DNA from: Leucoraja erinacea | Taxonomy: Eukaryota | NCBI RefSeq assembly: GCF_028641065.1 | Contig: NC_073387.1 | Location: 21,638,001-21,702,000 of the forward strand | Direction: 5' to 3' | DNA: 64,000 nt | Shown: piece after piece, positions 36,613-49,977 of the stretch | Numbering within the stretch: position 1 is the first letter of the stretch | Layout of the letters: each line of letters starts with the position of its first letter | Notes under the pieces: model-generated | Databases searched by the model: none | The model's input: only the letters and a program-made list of their open reading frames with translations | Told to the model about the DNA's origin: nothing | Translations under genes and position numbers: made by a program

Positions 36613-39489
36613 TGTAGCTAAAACAATAGTGCACGAATTACGGTTATGAACATGGGCCTTTCAATTATGGGAGAGATCAACATTCGTGTCGAAGCACAGA
36701 CTAATGCTTTTGTCGCCAATCAGTCTACTTGATTGTTTCATCACGTGGATATCCATCATGACTGAAAGCATCCTCGTGATAGCAATAATTTGTTGAATGG
36801 GTTGAAAAGAAGAAACTTTGTTGCCTCCTAGATATTCCAATTACAACGCTGAATGTCTGTGCTTTTGAACAATACACATCTCCAGTCAAACATTTATTGC
36901 TTCACACTCGAACCAGCAGTATAATATTCGACGAGCACCTCCAACTTTCGAGGGAATTTTACCTTTTATTTTCTGTCTTAAGTTAAATTTACATTCCTTG
37001 ATATCAACGTGCCATTGTAGCCAAATGATGGAGAAAACAATTATTGACAGACAATTTTCTGAGTACAGGGCTGAAGGATAGTGTTGCATAATTAAATCTA
37101 TTGAATCTAGTCGAACATGACCATAACATCCTATTAATTGAGAACTGAAATATTGTCGAGGTGCGTTGTATTTTAAACAATGACGTGCTGCAATATTTTG
37201 CTCAATGCCACTCAAGCGAAACTTCACCCATTCCTTCTGTCCAGAGATGCCGCTTGGCCCGCTGAGTTACTCCAGCATTTTGCGTCTATCTTCAGTTTAA
37301 GCCAATATCAACAGCTCCTTCATCCACAATGCCATATGTAGTTAAGTTTAACTCTCTCCCCGTTACGCTTTCCATCAGATTTGACGCTATTGGCTTACAC
37401 CTGCGCACTACAGGACCCCATTCACTGCACAATATAACATCTAATTTGATTAAGACTGGTCACACTCAGCGGCAATAGACTTTTTTTTACACAATCAAGT
37501 AACAGTGGCGCAGCTAATAAATATTTCAGACGGCAGACGTCTAATCACCGGCCACTGACCACCTATTTAGTATTATTGGCATGGTGGTTGGCTATTCTCA
37601 ATTAGAATACTGATGCACCTGCCACATACATAGTCGACCACATTGTTGACCCAACCTACAATATATAAATTCTAATCCTTCAGCACGATAGTCGCTACTG
37701 CCACCACTGACGACTTTTTCAATGAATAAAAATTAAAGACTATTACAAATATGGTACGATTTTTACTTACCTAAACTAACAGAAAAATAGTAATTAGTGA
37801 AAAACACACAATTAATCATAAAGGACATAAACTGCCCTCGCATCACAGGTCAGCAACAACATCCAACAACATTCAAATAGACAATGCAAAACAGAGGAGT
37901 TGAATGTAAAGTTCATTTGCGCACCAGAGTTCAAAGATTGGGCTTGCTCGGANNNNNNNNNNNNNNNNNNNNNNNNNNNNNNNNNNNNNNNNNNNNNNNN
38001 NNNNNNNNNNNNNNNNNNNNNNNNNNNNNNNNNNNNNNNNNNNNNNNNNNNNNNNNNNNNNNNNNNNNNNNNNNNNNNNNNNNNNNNNNNNNNNNNNNNN
38101 NNNNNNNNNNNNNNNNNNNNNNNNNNNTTAATTAATATTTAATATCGATGCTGATGGTGATCTTTCATCAGAATAGTGCAGGTTTGATAGGACCGTCAGT
38201 GAATGGTTATATATACTTGTGTAACCCACTGTTCAATCTTGCGAATCATAAAATGCCTAATCAAAAGATGATAAAATATTCTTCAAGTTACTTTAGATTT
38301 TCTTTTCCAGGGTGAAAGGGACCAACTAGAGAGTGGTCAGAGAATGGCTGACATTAAAATTACAGAGGCAAGCAAATGGCAGCATAGCAGAATAATCTAC
38401 CATATCTACAAAGTCGATTCTCAATTTAACGTTTTTCTCCATTGTGGAATGGATCCTATTGCGCACGGAGCATGAAGATTGCTATATTGGAAGGAGTGAG
38501 TGTAAGTTGCCCTATTAGCTGAAATGACCATTTGTACATGTTGATATTGGCATGTGTAGAATTCATACGGTCAAAGGTGATAGGAACATAATTAGGCCAT
38601 TCGGTCCATCAATTCTACTCCGCCATTCAATCATGGCTGATCTATCTCTCCTCCCTAACCCCATTCTCTTGCCTTCTCCCTATAAACACTGACACCCGTA
38701 CTAATAAAGAGTTAGACTGGAAGACGTTACATCTCCAACGATCGCAAATGAATGTGCCATTCAAAGAGGGATGCGTGCTAAGGGAGATGTATTGTGACGT
38801 AAGCAATTACCGACTGAGTAATTTCTTTGTGAGCCTGTGTAGACGTGTCTGGTTGTAACGTCATGCGCAATGAGACAGAGGTAATGGAGAATAATCCATT
38901 GACTGTAGAGGATGTTGTGACAAAGAGGAGACAATTGCAAAATTATTATCAGAACAGATAAGATGGAGTAAGAGATACTTGGAACACGGAATGGTGTTCT
39001 TGTCGGAAGAAATATGGGAGGAGATGTGGATAAGATTGTGTGAGCATGCATAGGACTGCAACGGACATTATGGTTCTCCACTGGAATCATTGATGAGACC
39101 ATCAGCCGGAATCAAGGTAGATTGTGTCAGAACATGGTAGCCAGCTCGTCGCCCCATTTGCTATTCAAAGCGTTGATATATATGCCTGATGCGTACGGGG
39201 AGGTTGATGTCAATTCTCACGGGAGCTGCTGAAGAGATGCAAGTACGTTTTGGGTTATTATGGTGATAAGGACAAATCAGCGTCGATGGTGAATGACGCT
39301 TCTGATGTATAGTCCTTCGAAGCATCTTAAATCAATCATGCCAGATCAACAATGGAATAACTCCACGGGTGTGTGTGAATGTAATCCCACCATTATTCCA
39401 AATCATGATAATATTAAGGAAACCAAATTTAATGAACATCTAAAATATCAACTTAAATTACCCCTTTCTTTACGAAGAAGAAATGTGCA

Positions 39490-39814
39490 GAGAAATGTGA
39501 GGTGTTCCATGTTGGGAACATTGGGATTGGTAGGGTTCTGGGTAGTGTTGCAGAGCAGAGGGATCCTAGATCGCGTCGTCAAATAGGGTTTTCGCAGATC
39601 GGCCTTCATCAGCCAGAGTAATGAGTATAGAAGTTGGGAGGTAATTTTGCAATTGTATACGACGTTGGCGAGGCCGCATTTACAGCATTGTTGTCAGTTC
39701 TGGGCACCGTGTTATGGAAAAGATGTTGTCAAGCTGGAAAGGGTCCAGGAAAGATTTACGAGGATGTTGCCAGGAATAGAGGGTCTGAGCTATTGGCAGA
39801 GGTTGAGTAGGCTG
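39490..39814 (+). mobile_element. CR1-type LINE fragment truncated at the B/C junction
   Basis: Paralogue of 30835-31217; ends at the same GTAGGCTG. Confidence 0.85.
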
Positions 39815-41029
39815 ATTTTTTGTCATAACATTTGCCTTAAATATGTTGAAAAGTTAATGGTACAAGTTTCAAGAAGTGTAATGTTCCATATTACTTAAAA
39901 CACCTTTTTTGATTGTGCACAGTACTAGTCAATCCTCTATAATCCAAAATCACAATAAGAATAAACTGAAAAGTCTATCAAGATCCCTTATAATGCTTGA
40001 ATAAAAATCGACATTTCTCCTTATCTCCATTTCCCAATAACCGCTTTTGATCTCGTCCCGCTTTGGTCCGTCTGATGGAGGATATATACTTTTTTTCATA
40101 TCCCTACGACCCTCATAATATTCTTCACTCAATTCATCTTCGCTTCCGTTACAATGTAATCGTTTCCAATTTCTCCAAATGTTCCAGTCCTAGAAAGTAA
40201 TTTGTTCTCTGCAATCTGCTAACCAAAGCTATAGGCTATGCACGGACTCTGGCTTATCGGGTATTTGGCAAACTTTGATGTTGCTCAGTTGCAATTCTAC
40301 CAGCTCGTTAACAACACTGACATTTACGCGACATTTCATAAAACGAGCATACTGAGATAGTTTTCCAAAATATCGTGAAAATGCAGTGAAGATAAGGAGA
40401 AATTACGATTTCCGTCCAAACACTATAAGGGATCTGAAAATATGCGTCTAAAAGAATGGACCAGAAGGAAACTTTCATCATCTTTAAAACCTAGTTGGAT
40501 GTGTACTTGAAGCCCCGCTGCTCGCAAGGCTGCGGACCTCGTGCTGGAAGGAATAATAGGCTGGGGTGTAATATTTTGTAAACACTGCCTCCTTCAGGCA
40601 AATAGCTTCCATCGGTATCCTAAATGTACTATCTTTCTCTGTTTGCTGGACCACGCGAAAGGCAACGCCTAAAGTCACTTTCAATGCTTCAACCATACAA
40701 GGGTTCATTTTCCTTGGCGCAGTACAATATTACAAATTTTAATTTTAAAAATATCGGCTTCTAACATAGATAGATGTTATAGCATAAACAAGATGGAAAT
40801 AAAAATTCGGTGGGATCCATCCCAACGATTCATCTCATTCTGCTCATGAATGTCACGAATCTTTAACTTAAATTGTGGAGTCATTTTAATCCAAAAATCC
40901 GATTAAATGGCAAACACACGAAACAAATACACGAGGAATTGGACTTGCATCAAGATAGGTTGGTACATCCAATTTCATGGAGCTTTTTATTATAGCAGTG
41001 ACCAGTTATATGTGCTCTACAACACTCAC

Positions 41030-43483
41030 CACGTTCGCCGAACTGCTCCTTGTCTTTGTACTGTCGGTTGGCGCATATTTAGCGTACTTTTCAATGGTCC
41101 CGTGCATCTGTGGACTGAATGGAGTGAAATATATATCTCGTGGTTCGGGCGCCGATCGAATTTTATAACGGTATGTTTCTGAAAGGGATCCATTTCCATG
41201 AACCTCAAGTAGACTGGGAAGGAAGTGAGAATCCGGCACGATTTGCAAGTTCACATTCGAATGCCTATATTCCAACTCTCTTCTGCAGCAACTGTCTGCT
41301 AAAGTGCAGGCATGCCCAGATGCAGAATGACTGCCCATTGGGCAAATGACTACAACAAGTACAATTATAACCACCAAAAGAACAAACGAGGTTGCTCCTA
41401 GTGTAATTATTATATATAATGATAAGTTCTGCGTGTCTTCTAAGTCGTCCCGCGCTTCATTGAAGTCCAGCAAACCCTCCGTGTGTTCCTCAACTATTGT
41501 CAAAGTAAAGGTGGTGGTAGCAGAGAGAGCGGGATAGCCGTTATCTTTCACCTGGATAATCAGCCTTTGTGTGGTGGCGTCGCTATCTTTAATGCGCCGA
41601 GCAGTTCTTACCTCTCCTGAGTTATATGAAACTATAAAGAGACCCGGGTCACTGGATTGCATCAGTTGATAAGACAGTTGTGCATTCTTACCGGAATCTG
41701 CGTCGGAGGCAAGGACCTTTGTTACCATATATCCCGGGTCTGCAGAACGAGGCACAGGCAGACTGCTGTTGCTTTTTATTGCATTTGCTGTTATCATGGG
41801 TGGATTGTCGTTCTGATCCAAGACAATCACTTTCACAGCAACGTCACTGGAAAGTGATGTTAATCCGGCATCTTGAGCCCGAACGTGAAACTGAAAACCT
41901 TTAAGTCGTTCATAATCGAAAGGAGTTTTCGAGTAGATGCTGCCATTATTTGAGTTGATAAAGAGGTAGAAAGACACAGGCACTGACTGTATCTGGTTCT
42001 CCAAAATAGAGTAAGAAAGCTGTGAATTTCGGTCGATATCACGATCCAAAGCTGTTACTGATCCAATGTAGCTGCCTGGCTCATTATTTTCTGCCACATA
42101 GGTCGTGTACGAAGGCTGCGTAAAGCGCGGCGCGTTATCATTTATATCTGAGATATTTACCACAATTGTCCGGGTGGTAGATAACGGGGGGATACCACGG
42201 TCTTTGCAAGTTACTGTAATCTTATGTTGAGGGGTGCTTTCTCGGTCGAGTGCCGCATTTGTAACTAGTCTGTATGAATTACTGAAGGAAGATTTAAGGT
42301 CAAATGGTAGGTTGTGTGAAATGGAACAGTCGATGTGTCCATTTTCATTGGAATCCCGGTCTGTCACGCCGATGAAGGCTATTAAAGTTCCCGTCGGAAC
42401 ATTCTCACTGATTGTACCGGAAACAGAATTTAGAGTTAAATCAGGAGCGTTGTCATTCACATCTCTGATCCCCACTCGCACGCTGCAGTGTGTGGATAGC
42501 GACTGCACACTTTTGTCCTTAGCTTCCACATGAATCTGATAAACACTGGTTTCTTCAAAATCCATTATTCCTTTTGTACGGATCTCTCCTGATGTTGGTA
42601 TAATCGTAAATATTTCAGTTATTCTTGGTTCGTTGTAACTGCTGAAAGAATAAATGATCTCGCCATTTCTACCTTCGTCTAAATCAGTCGCGTTCAGGTT
42701 AATCACTAAGGAATTCAATGGCATGTTCTCGCTTAGACTAACACTATACACTGATTTCCCGAAAATCGGTGTATTATCATTCACATCCAGGATAACAATG
42801 TTTACGTGAGCTGTACCTGACCTTTCAGGAATACCGCCGTCAAGAGCGGTCAGTAATAAATTGTACACTGGTTGTTTTTCTCGGTCGAGAATATTCTGCA
42901 ACACCACTTCGGGTAACTTCCACTTGCCAACATTCTGAACTTCTAACGTAAAATGATAATTTGCAGCGAGCTGGTAAATACGAACAGAATTATTTCTCCC
43001 GTCCATATCGTGGGCGCCTTCTAACAGAAAACGTGCTCCTGGCATCGCGGTTTCTGAAATTTCCAAACGAATTTCACTTTTCGGAAAATTCGGAGAATTA
43101 TCGTTTATATCCAATATATCAACTTGCACAAGGTACTGCTCCACAGGATTTTCAACCACCGCTTCCACGAGCAATACACAGTTATCACTCTGACCACACA
43201 GCTGTTCCCTGTCGATTCTTGCACTTACAAATAAAATTCCATTCTTATTATTTACATCCAAATATTGTTTTGATGCAGCTGATATCATTCTGAATTTACG
43301 ACTTGATAGGTCCTCTATGCTCAAACCCAAATCTTTGCCGACTGCTCCGACGAAGGCACCTTGTTCCAGTTCTTCTGGTATGGAGTAGCGAATCTGCCCG
43401 GAAACCAGATTCCACACACAAAGCAGAAAGATGGATGATATCACCGACTTTCCATGCACGCGGAAAATGCTCCTTTGTGCCAT
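41030..43483 (-). CDS. Pcdh: Clustered protocadherin variable exon 5 (triplication copy C)
   Basis: ORF 41006..43681; likely start ATG 43483. Donor GTG|GTGAGT at 41030/41029; 818 codons. Confidence 0.93.
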
Positions 43484-43703
43484 TACTTCTGTGGGGTAGA
43501 TCACAAATACCTTAACAATGTTTTTTCTTGAAAGCATCCCGGCCCACATCCGAACCAATTCCTTCAATGTGTTGAATAAGTTGAAGTGTGATCGATTGAA
43601 GAGATTGTCCGCTGCGTTCGTACACACGCCGCCATTATTCAGCTTCCTTTCTCGTAAATTGGGGGATGGGCGGTGGATCACTAGGTGGTTTTCATCTCCT
43701 TAT

Positions 43704-43743
43704 TGGTAGACAGCGACACAAAGAGTCTCAGCCTATAATTGCA
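43704..43743 (-). promoter_or_regulatory. CSE of exon 5 promoter
   Basis: Identical motif to the exon 3 CSE, 221 bp upstream of ATG 43483. Confidence 0.9.
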
Positions 43744-45221
43744 CTGAGAATGTGGATAAGCTAAATTCCAGTTAAAATGTTAAAATAACAACATTTTTTT
43801 GCGAGATCGGCCACATTGTTTGAAAGGCAATTAACCGGAAGAATTGAAATACTGGTATTCGAATGACACCAGCATTTATCTAAGGAAGAATCTTAAGTAA
43901 AACAAAAACGAATTCTGCCGTATAGATATGTGTGGGCATATGATTAAAGTTAATTGTCCATTGGAACGTAGAAGTTAAATCCTCTATGCGATTTTTACAA
44001 GAAACATGTTGAAAATGTCGTGAAATATTCAAATAAACCAAGAAAAATTTTACGTATAATTATTGGGAAATATATAGAATTTATTAAACAATGATCACAA
44101 TCGACCATATTCATATCAACGTTGTTCTTCACATTTGATGAGGCTGAACTTATATTTTCTTTATTTTGGAGACCCATTCAATTTTACTGAATTTTTCGAC
44201 GCTTTGTTTCTTATTGGGTTTGTCGAAACATTTTCATGCAGCCGGCAGTCAACGTGTAAGCAAACATTTTTGAGGTGTGGAACGCATAGGGTAAATAAAA
44301 GGTCATGGGTAGGTTCGTATTTATGAATATGCTCTCCATTCTGAAAGAGATTATTTTTGTAAAGTTGTTATCTATTCTTTAATCTGTTGCCATTGGTAAT
44401 GCAGGAGGAATTACCATAACCCAGAATCTCGCTCACTTCTAGATTTTTCAACATGCCATATAATTGGGTATTTAACTGAATATAGTAAAACTAAAAGTTT
44501 AACTAAAATACGAGCAAATTGTACAACTTTGAAGTAGGTTGCATTATTGTACATGCTGCAACTGTCCTTCAAGTAAATGTTTAATGTAATCCCACATTTT
44601 GAGTCGAAAACCAGGACGAATCAAACAGTTGTGTATTGTAATTTAACGAATTGAGAATAGTAATAGAATACATTAGATTGGACAGAAATCACCAAGGCAC
44701 AGTTGTGATTTCTGGAAATCTCAAATAACACGTGAAAGTATTTGACGTTTTATTTTCCGAGAAAGAGATATGACATTTCAATACAACTTGAGCTCTAATT
44801 AGACATGGATGGGGTACTTCGCAATTATTCAGACAGCTAAGTAGAAAATGGCAGCAATCAACAAATTGATTATATGCACAAGTAGTAGGATGATGGCGAG
44901 GGTAGTGTTGGGTTTAAGTGAAGGATGCAGGCAAGCACGGACACTTGAATGGGTATAGCAGAACCACGACCAAGAGCCATCGCAGAAAATAATGGCATGA
45001 GACGAAGTGCTGGTGATAAAGCAAATCTGAAATCAATATGAAAAGAATGGAAATCATTGTAAAAATCATCAGGTCATTCATTCTTTTTGAGCATTAAAAA
45101 TCTCATATTTCCAGATCGATTATTTTTTCAGCGCTGAGATTTTACATCGATTTTTATGTGAAGTTGCTCAGCTCTGAATTAACAATGGCAGTAAAAATTT
45201 GAATCCGGAAACAGTGAATCA

Positions 45222-45320
45222 GTCTGAAGAAGGGTCTCGACCCGAAACGTCATCCATTCCTTCTCTCCAGAGATACTACCTGTCCCGCTGAATTACTCCA
45301 GCACTCTGTGTCTATCTGTA
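45222..45320 (+). mobile_element. Penelope-derived short repeat (copy C) with intact hammerhead-like core
   Basis: CTGAAGAAGGGTCTCGACCCGAAACGTC at 45224-45251. Confidence 0.65.
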
Positions 45321-46258
45321 GCTGAAACAATAGTGCACGAATGCTGGTTATGGTCATCGGCCTTTCAATAATGGGAGAGATCAACATTCGTGTCGAAGCA
45401 CAGACTAATGCTTTTGCCGCCCATTCAGTCTACTTGATTGTTTCATCACGTGGATATCCACGTAGATGACTGAAAGCATCCTCCGTTGTCGCAATAATTT
45501 GTTGAATGGATTGAAAGGAAGAAACATTGCTGCCTCCAAAATATTCTAGGTATAACGCTGAATGTCTGTGCTTTTGAACAAGTCACACCTCCAGTGTAAC
45601 AATTATTGCTTCACACTCGAGAAAGCAGTATAATATTCGACGAGCATCTCCAACCTTCGAGGGCATTTTACCCTTTTCATTTCTATCAAAGTGAAATTTA
45701 CACTCTCTGATACCAACGTATGCAATTGTATGCAATTGACGAAGACATAATATTGACATAACATTTTCTGAGTACAGGGCTGAAGGATTGTGTTGCAGAA
45801 CTAAATCTAATCGAACATAACCACAAAATCGTATTCATTGAGAACTGAAATATTGTCGAGGTGCGTTGTATTTTAAACAATGACGTGCTGCAATATTTTG
45901 CTCAATGCCACTCCAGCGGTTAGTGTTCACTCATGGTTAACTGCTTAATTCAGCACTAACTTCATAATAACTTTCAGGCCGATGCCTACTTTGCATTGCG
46001 CTAAAGTCACTCACGTTTAGGCTGAGTTACTACAATGGCCCAAACGTTGATGCGAGGTTTCTAGTTTCAAAACTGCCATTGACCGTGATTGAATTTGATC
46101 AAGAATGATTGAAATACATATCAGCAAAATGCATGGTCGAATAGAACCTGAGCGAAGTTTTCCATTAACATTAAGTATGGAATGTTGGACCTGTTCGACC
46201 ACATTCGCCCTATTCCAGGTATTTGTTGCTCGACATTCCCAGTTAATGCCCCATGTAG

Positions 46259-46462
46259 TTAGACATAAATATGCTGGAGTAACTCTGCGGGACAGGCAGC
46301 ATTTCTGAACAGAAGCAATGGGTGACGTTTCGGGTCGAGACGCTTCTTCAGACTTCAGTCCAGCCAAACATCAGTCTCGACCAGAAAAGTCACCCATTCC
46401 TTCTCTCCAGAAATGCTGCTTGGCCCGCTGAGTTACTCCAGCATTTTGCGTCTATCTTCAGT
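46259..46462. mobile_element. Inverted (hairpin) pair of Penelope-derived repeats, copy C
   Basis: Paralogue of 28236-28440; minus-strand core GACGTTTCGGGTCGAGACGCTTCTTCAG at 46324-46351. Confidence 0.65.
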
Positions 46463-48584
46463 TTAAGCAAGTATCTGCAGCTCGTTCCTCCACAATGCCA
46501 TATGCTGTTAAGTTTAACCCTCTCCCCGTTACGCTTTCCTTCAGATTGGCTTACACTTGCGCACTGCAGGACCCTTCCTGTTCACTACACAATAGAATAT
46601 CTAATTTGATTAAGACTGGTCACACTCAGCGGCAATATACTTTTTTGTTTTACACAATCAAGTAACAGTGGCGCTGCCTAATAGGAAACTAATAAATATT
46701 TCAGACTGCAGACGTCTAATCACCGGCCACTGTCCACCTATTTAATATTATTGGCATGGTGGTTGACTATTCTCAATTAGAATACTGATGCACCTGCCAC
46801 ATACATTGTCGACCACATTGTTGACCCAACCTACAATATATACATTCTAATCCTTCAGCACGATAGTCGCTACTGCCATCAATGACGACGTTTTCAATTT
46901 ATACAATTTAAAGATTATTAAAAAATTATGATACGATTTCTACTTACCTAAACTAACAGAAACAAAGTAATTCGTGAAAAAGACATATAATTAATCATAA
47001 AGAACATAAACTGCCCTGGCATCACAGGTCAGCAACAACGTCCAACAGCATTCAAATAGACAATGCAAAACAGAGTAGTTGAATGTAAAGTTCATTTGCG
47101 CACCAGAGTTCAAAGATTGTGCTTGCACAGTGAGCTTGANNNNNNNNNNNNNNNNNNNNNNNNNNNNNNNNNNNNNNNNNNNNNNNNNNNNNNNNNNNNN
47201 NNNNNNNNNNNNNNNNNNNNNNNNNNNNNNNNNNNNNNNNNNNNNNNNNNNNNNNNNNNNNNNNNNNNNNNNNNNNNNNNNNNNNNNNNNNNNNNNNNNN
47301 NNNNNNNNNNNNNNAATTAATATTTAATATTGATGATGTTGAAGATCTTTCATCAGAATAGTGCAGGTTTGATAAGACAGTGAATGGTTACAGACAGACT
47401 CACTGTTCAATCTTGCGAACAGCCTACAGACAGACAGAAAGACTTCAAATTACAGACAGACCAACGATAGATAGGTCAGATGTGGCTGATAGATAGATAG
47501 GAAATAGCATATAGCAGAATAATCTATATCTACAAAGCCGATCTGATTTAGTTTCTCCATAGATCCTATTGCGCACGCAGATGAAGATAGATAGATAGAT
47601 AGATAGATAGATTAGTTGAAATGACAATTTGTGCCTGTTGATATTGGCATGTGTAGAATGCATGCGGTCATAGATGATAGGAGCATAATTAGGCCATTCG
47701 GTCCATCAATTCTACTACGCCATTCAATCATGGCTGATATATCTCTCCTCCTTAACCCATTCTCTTTCCTTCTCCCCATAACCCCTGACACCCGTACTAA
47801 TAAAGAGTTAGGGTGGAAGACGTTACATCTCCAACGCTCGCAAAAGAATGTGCCATTCAAAGAGTGATGCCTGCTAAGGGAGATGTATAGTGACGTAGGC
47901 AATTACCGACTGAGCAATTTCTTGGTGAGCCTGTGTAGACGTGGCTGGTTGTAACGTCATGCGCAATGAGACAGAGGTAATGGAGAATAATCCATTGATT
48001 GTAGAGGATGTTGCGACAAACAGGAGACAATTGCAAAATTATTATCAGAACAGATAAGATGGAGTAAGAGATACTTGGAACACGGAATGGTTTTCTTGTC
48101 GGAAGAAATATGGGAGGAGATGTGGACAAGATTGTGTGAGCATAGGACAGCAACTGACATGATGGTTCTCCACTGGAATCATTGCTGAGACCATCAGCCG
48201 GAATCAAGGTAGTATGTGTCAGTACATGGTAGCCAACTCGACGCCCCATTTGCTATTCAAAGCGTTGATATATATGGCTGCAGCGTACGGGGAGGTTGAT
48301 GTCAATTCTCGCGGGAACTGCTGAAGAGATGCAAGTACGTTTTGGGTAATTGTGGTGATAAGGACAAATCAGCGTCGATGGTGAATGACGCTTCTGATTT
48401 ATTTTCCTTCGAAGCATCTTAAATCAATCAAGCCAGATCAACAATGGAATAACTCCACTGGTGTGTGTTAATGCAATCCCACCATTATTCCAAAAGCATG
48501 ATAATATTAAGGAAAACAAATTTAATTAACATCTAACATATCGCCTTAAATTACCCATTTATTAACGAAGAAGAAATGTGCAAA

Positions 48585-49580
48585 GAAATGTGAGGTGTTC
48601 CATGATGGGAATATAGGCAGGTGAATGGTAGGGCTCTGGGTAGTGTTGCAGAGCAGAGGGATCAAGGAATGCAGGTACAATTTATATAATACAATACAAT
48701 ACAATACTATACCGTTTATTTGTCATTTGAACCTCACATGAAGTTCAAACGAAATTTGGTTTCTACAGTCATACAACAGGAAAAGAACCAAGACACACAC
48801 CAACACAATTCACACAAACATCCATCACAGTGGATCTCCTCCTCACTGTGATGGAAGGCCAAATTTTGTCTCTCCCCTGCTCTCAATTCTTCTCCCGAAG
48901 TCAAAGTCATGATTCCTTGAAGGTGGAGTAGCAAGTAGATCGCGTCGTCAAAAAGGGTTTTCGCAGATCGGCCTACGTCAGCCAGAGTATTGAGTATAGA
49001 AGTTGGGAGGTAATGTTGCAGTTGTATACGTCGTTGGCGAGGCCGCATTTAGAGTATTGCTGTCAGTTCTGGGCACCGTATTATGGGAAAGATGTTGTAA
49101 AGCTGGAAAGGGTGCAGAATAGATTTACGAGGGTGTTGCCAGGAATAGAGGGTCTGAGCTATAGGCAGAGTAGGCTGGGACGCTATTCCTTGGAGCCTAG
49201 GAGGATGAGGGGTGATCTTATAGAGGTATATAAGATCATGAGAGGAATAGATCCGCTAGATGTACAGAATAACTTGTCCAGAGTAGGGGAATCGAGGACC
49301 AGCGGACATAGGTTTAAGGTGAAGGGGAAAAGATTTAATTGGAATGTGAGGGGTAACCTTTTCACATAGAGGTGGTTGCATGGAACAAGCTGTCATAGGA
49401 GGTAGTCGAGGCAAGGACTATCCTAACGTTCCAGGAACAGTTAAACAGGTACATGGATACGACAGGTTTAGAGGGATATGGACAAAATGCGGGCAGGTGG
49501 GACCAGTGCAGCTGGGATATGTTGGCCGGTGCAGGCAAGTTGGGCCGATGGGCACTGTATCACTCTATGACTCTATGACT
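48585..49580 (+). mobile_element. CR1-type LINE fragment, uninterrupted to its 3' end, with nested insertion at about 48678-48907
   Basis: ORF 49013..49369 (RPHLEYCCQFWAP...RMRGDLIEVYKIMRG) and tail CTCTATGACTCTATGACT. Confidence 0.88.
48678..48907 (-). mobile_element. Short retroposon 3' fragment private to copy C
   Basis: (ATACA)n tail followed by TTTATTTGTCA; interrupts GGAATGCAG.T.|CATGATTCC, which is contiguous in copy A. Confidence 0.65.
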
Positions 49581-49977
49581 ATCACTAAATGCTGTAGCCA
49601 ATACCAATAACAAAATAAATGCACCGTAGCAATTAGGGCTTCATGTACCTCGAAAATCCAAGCGCAGTCGACAAATGCAGGAAACGCATAGTAGCGACAC
49701 CATTAGAATGTTTTCACGCAATTTACTCTTCTTTCTGATTTGAATTATACCATCTATCATTGAGCTTTTCGATCAAACTACAGCAACGTTTATTCGCAGT
49801 ACAATGCGAATAAACCTCACTGACCGTGCTACCAAACATGGATTATCCCCACATTGCAACAAAAATCTAGTAATAAACGTTAGCATTCCCGATGGGGCCA
49901 GATTACATTTAAAAAAAAGTCGTTTATTGTGTCTCGTCAGTAGAAAAACCACTTAATATGAATACCTAATCCACTGG

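Larger units (their letters stand above)
31216..39812. repeat. Tandem segmental triplication, copy B (contains exon 4)
   Basis: Colinear with A and C; shorter because of private deletions near 35455, 36090 and 37218. Confidence 0.92.
39813..49177. repeat. Tandem segmental triplication, copy C (contains exon 5)
   Basis: Colinear with A and B; ends inside a CR1 LINE that continues uninterrupted past 49177. Confidence 0.92.

Noticed and set aside
47340-47615. Paralogous sequence interleaved with GATA/GACA units in copy C
   Set aside because: Looks like a chimeric consensus between a microsatellite-bearing read set and the paralogous copies; likely a polishing artefact. 50070-50190 looks similarly scrambled.
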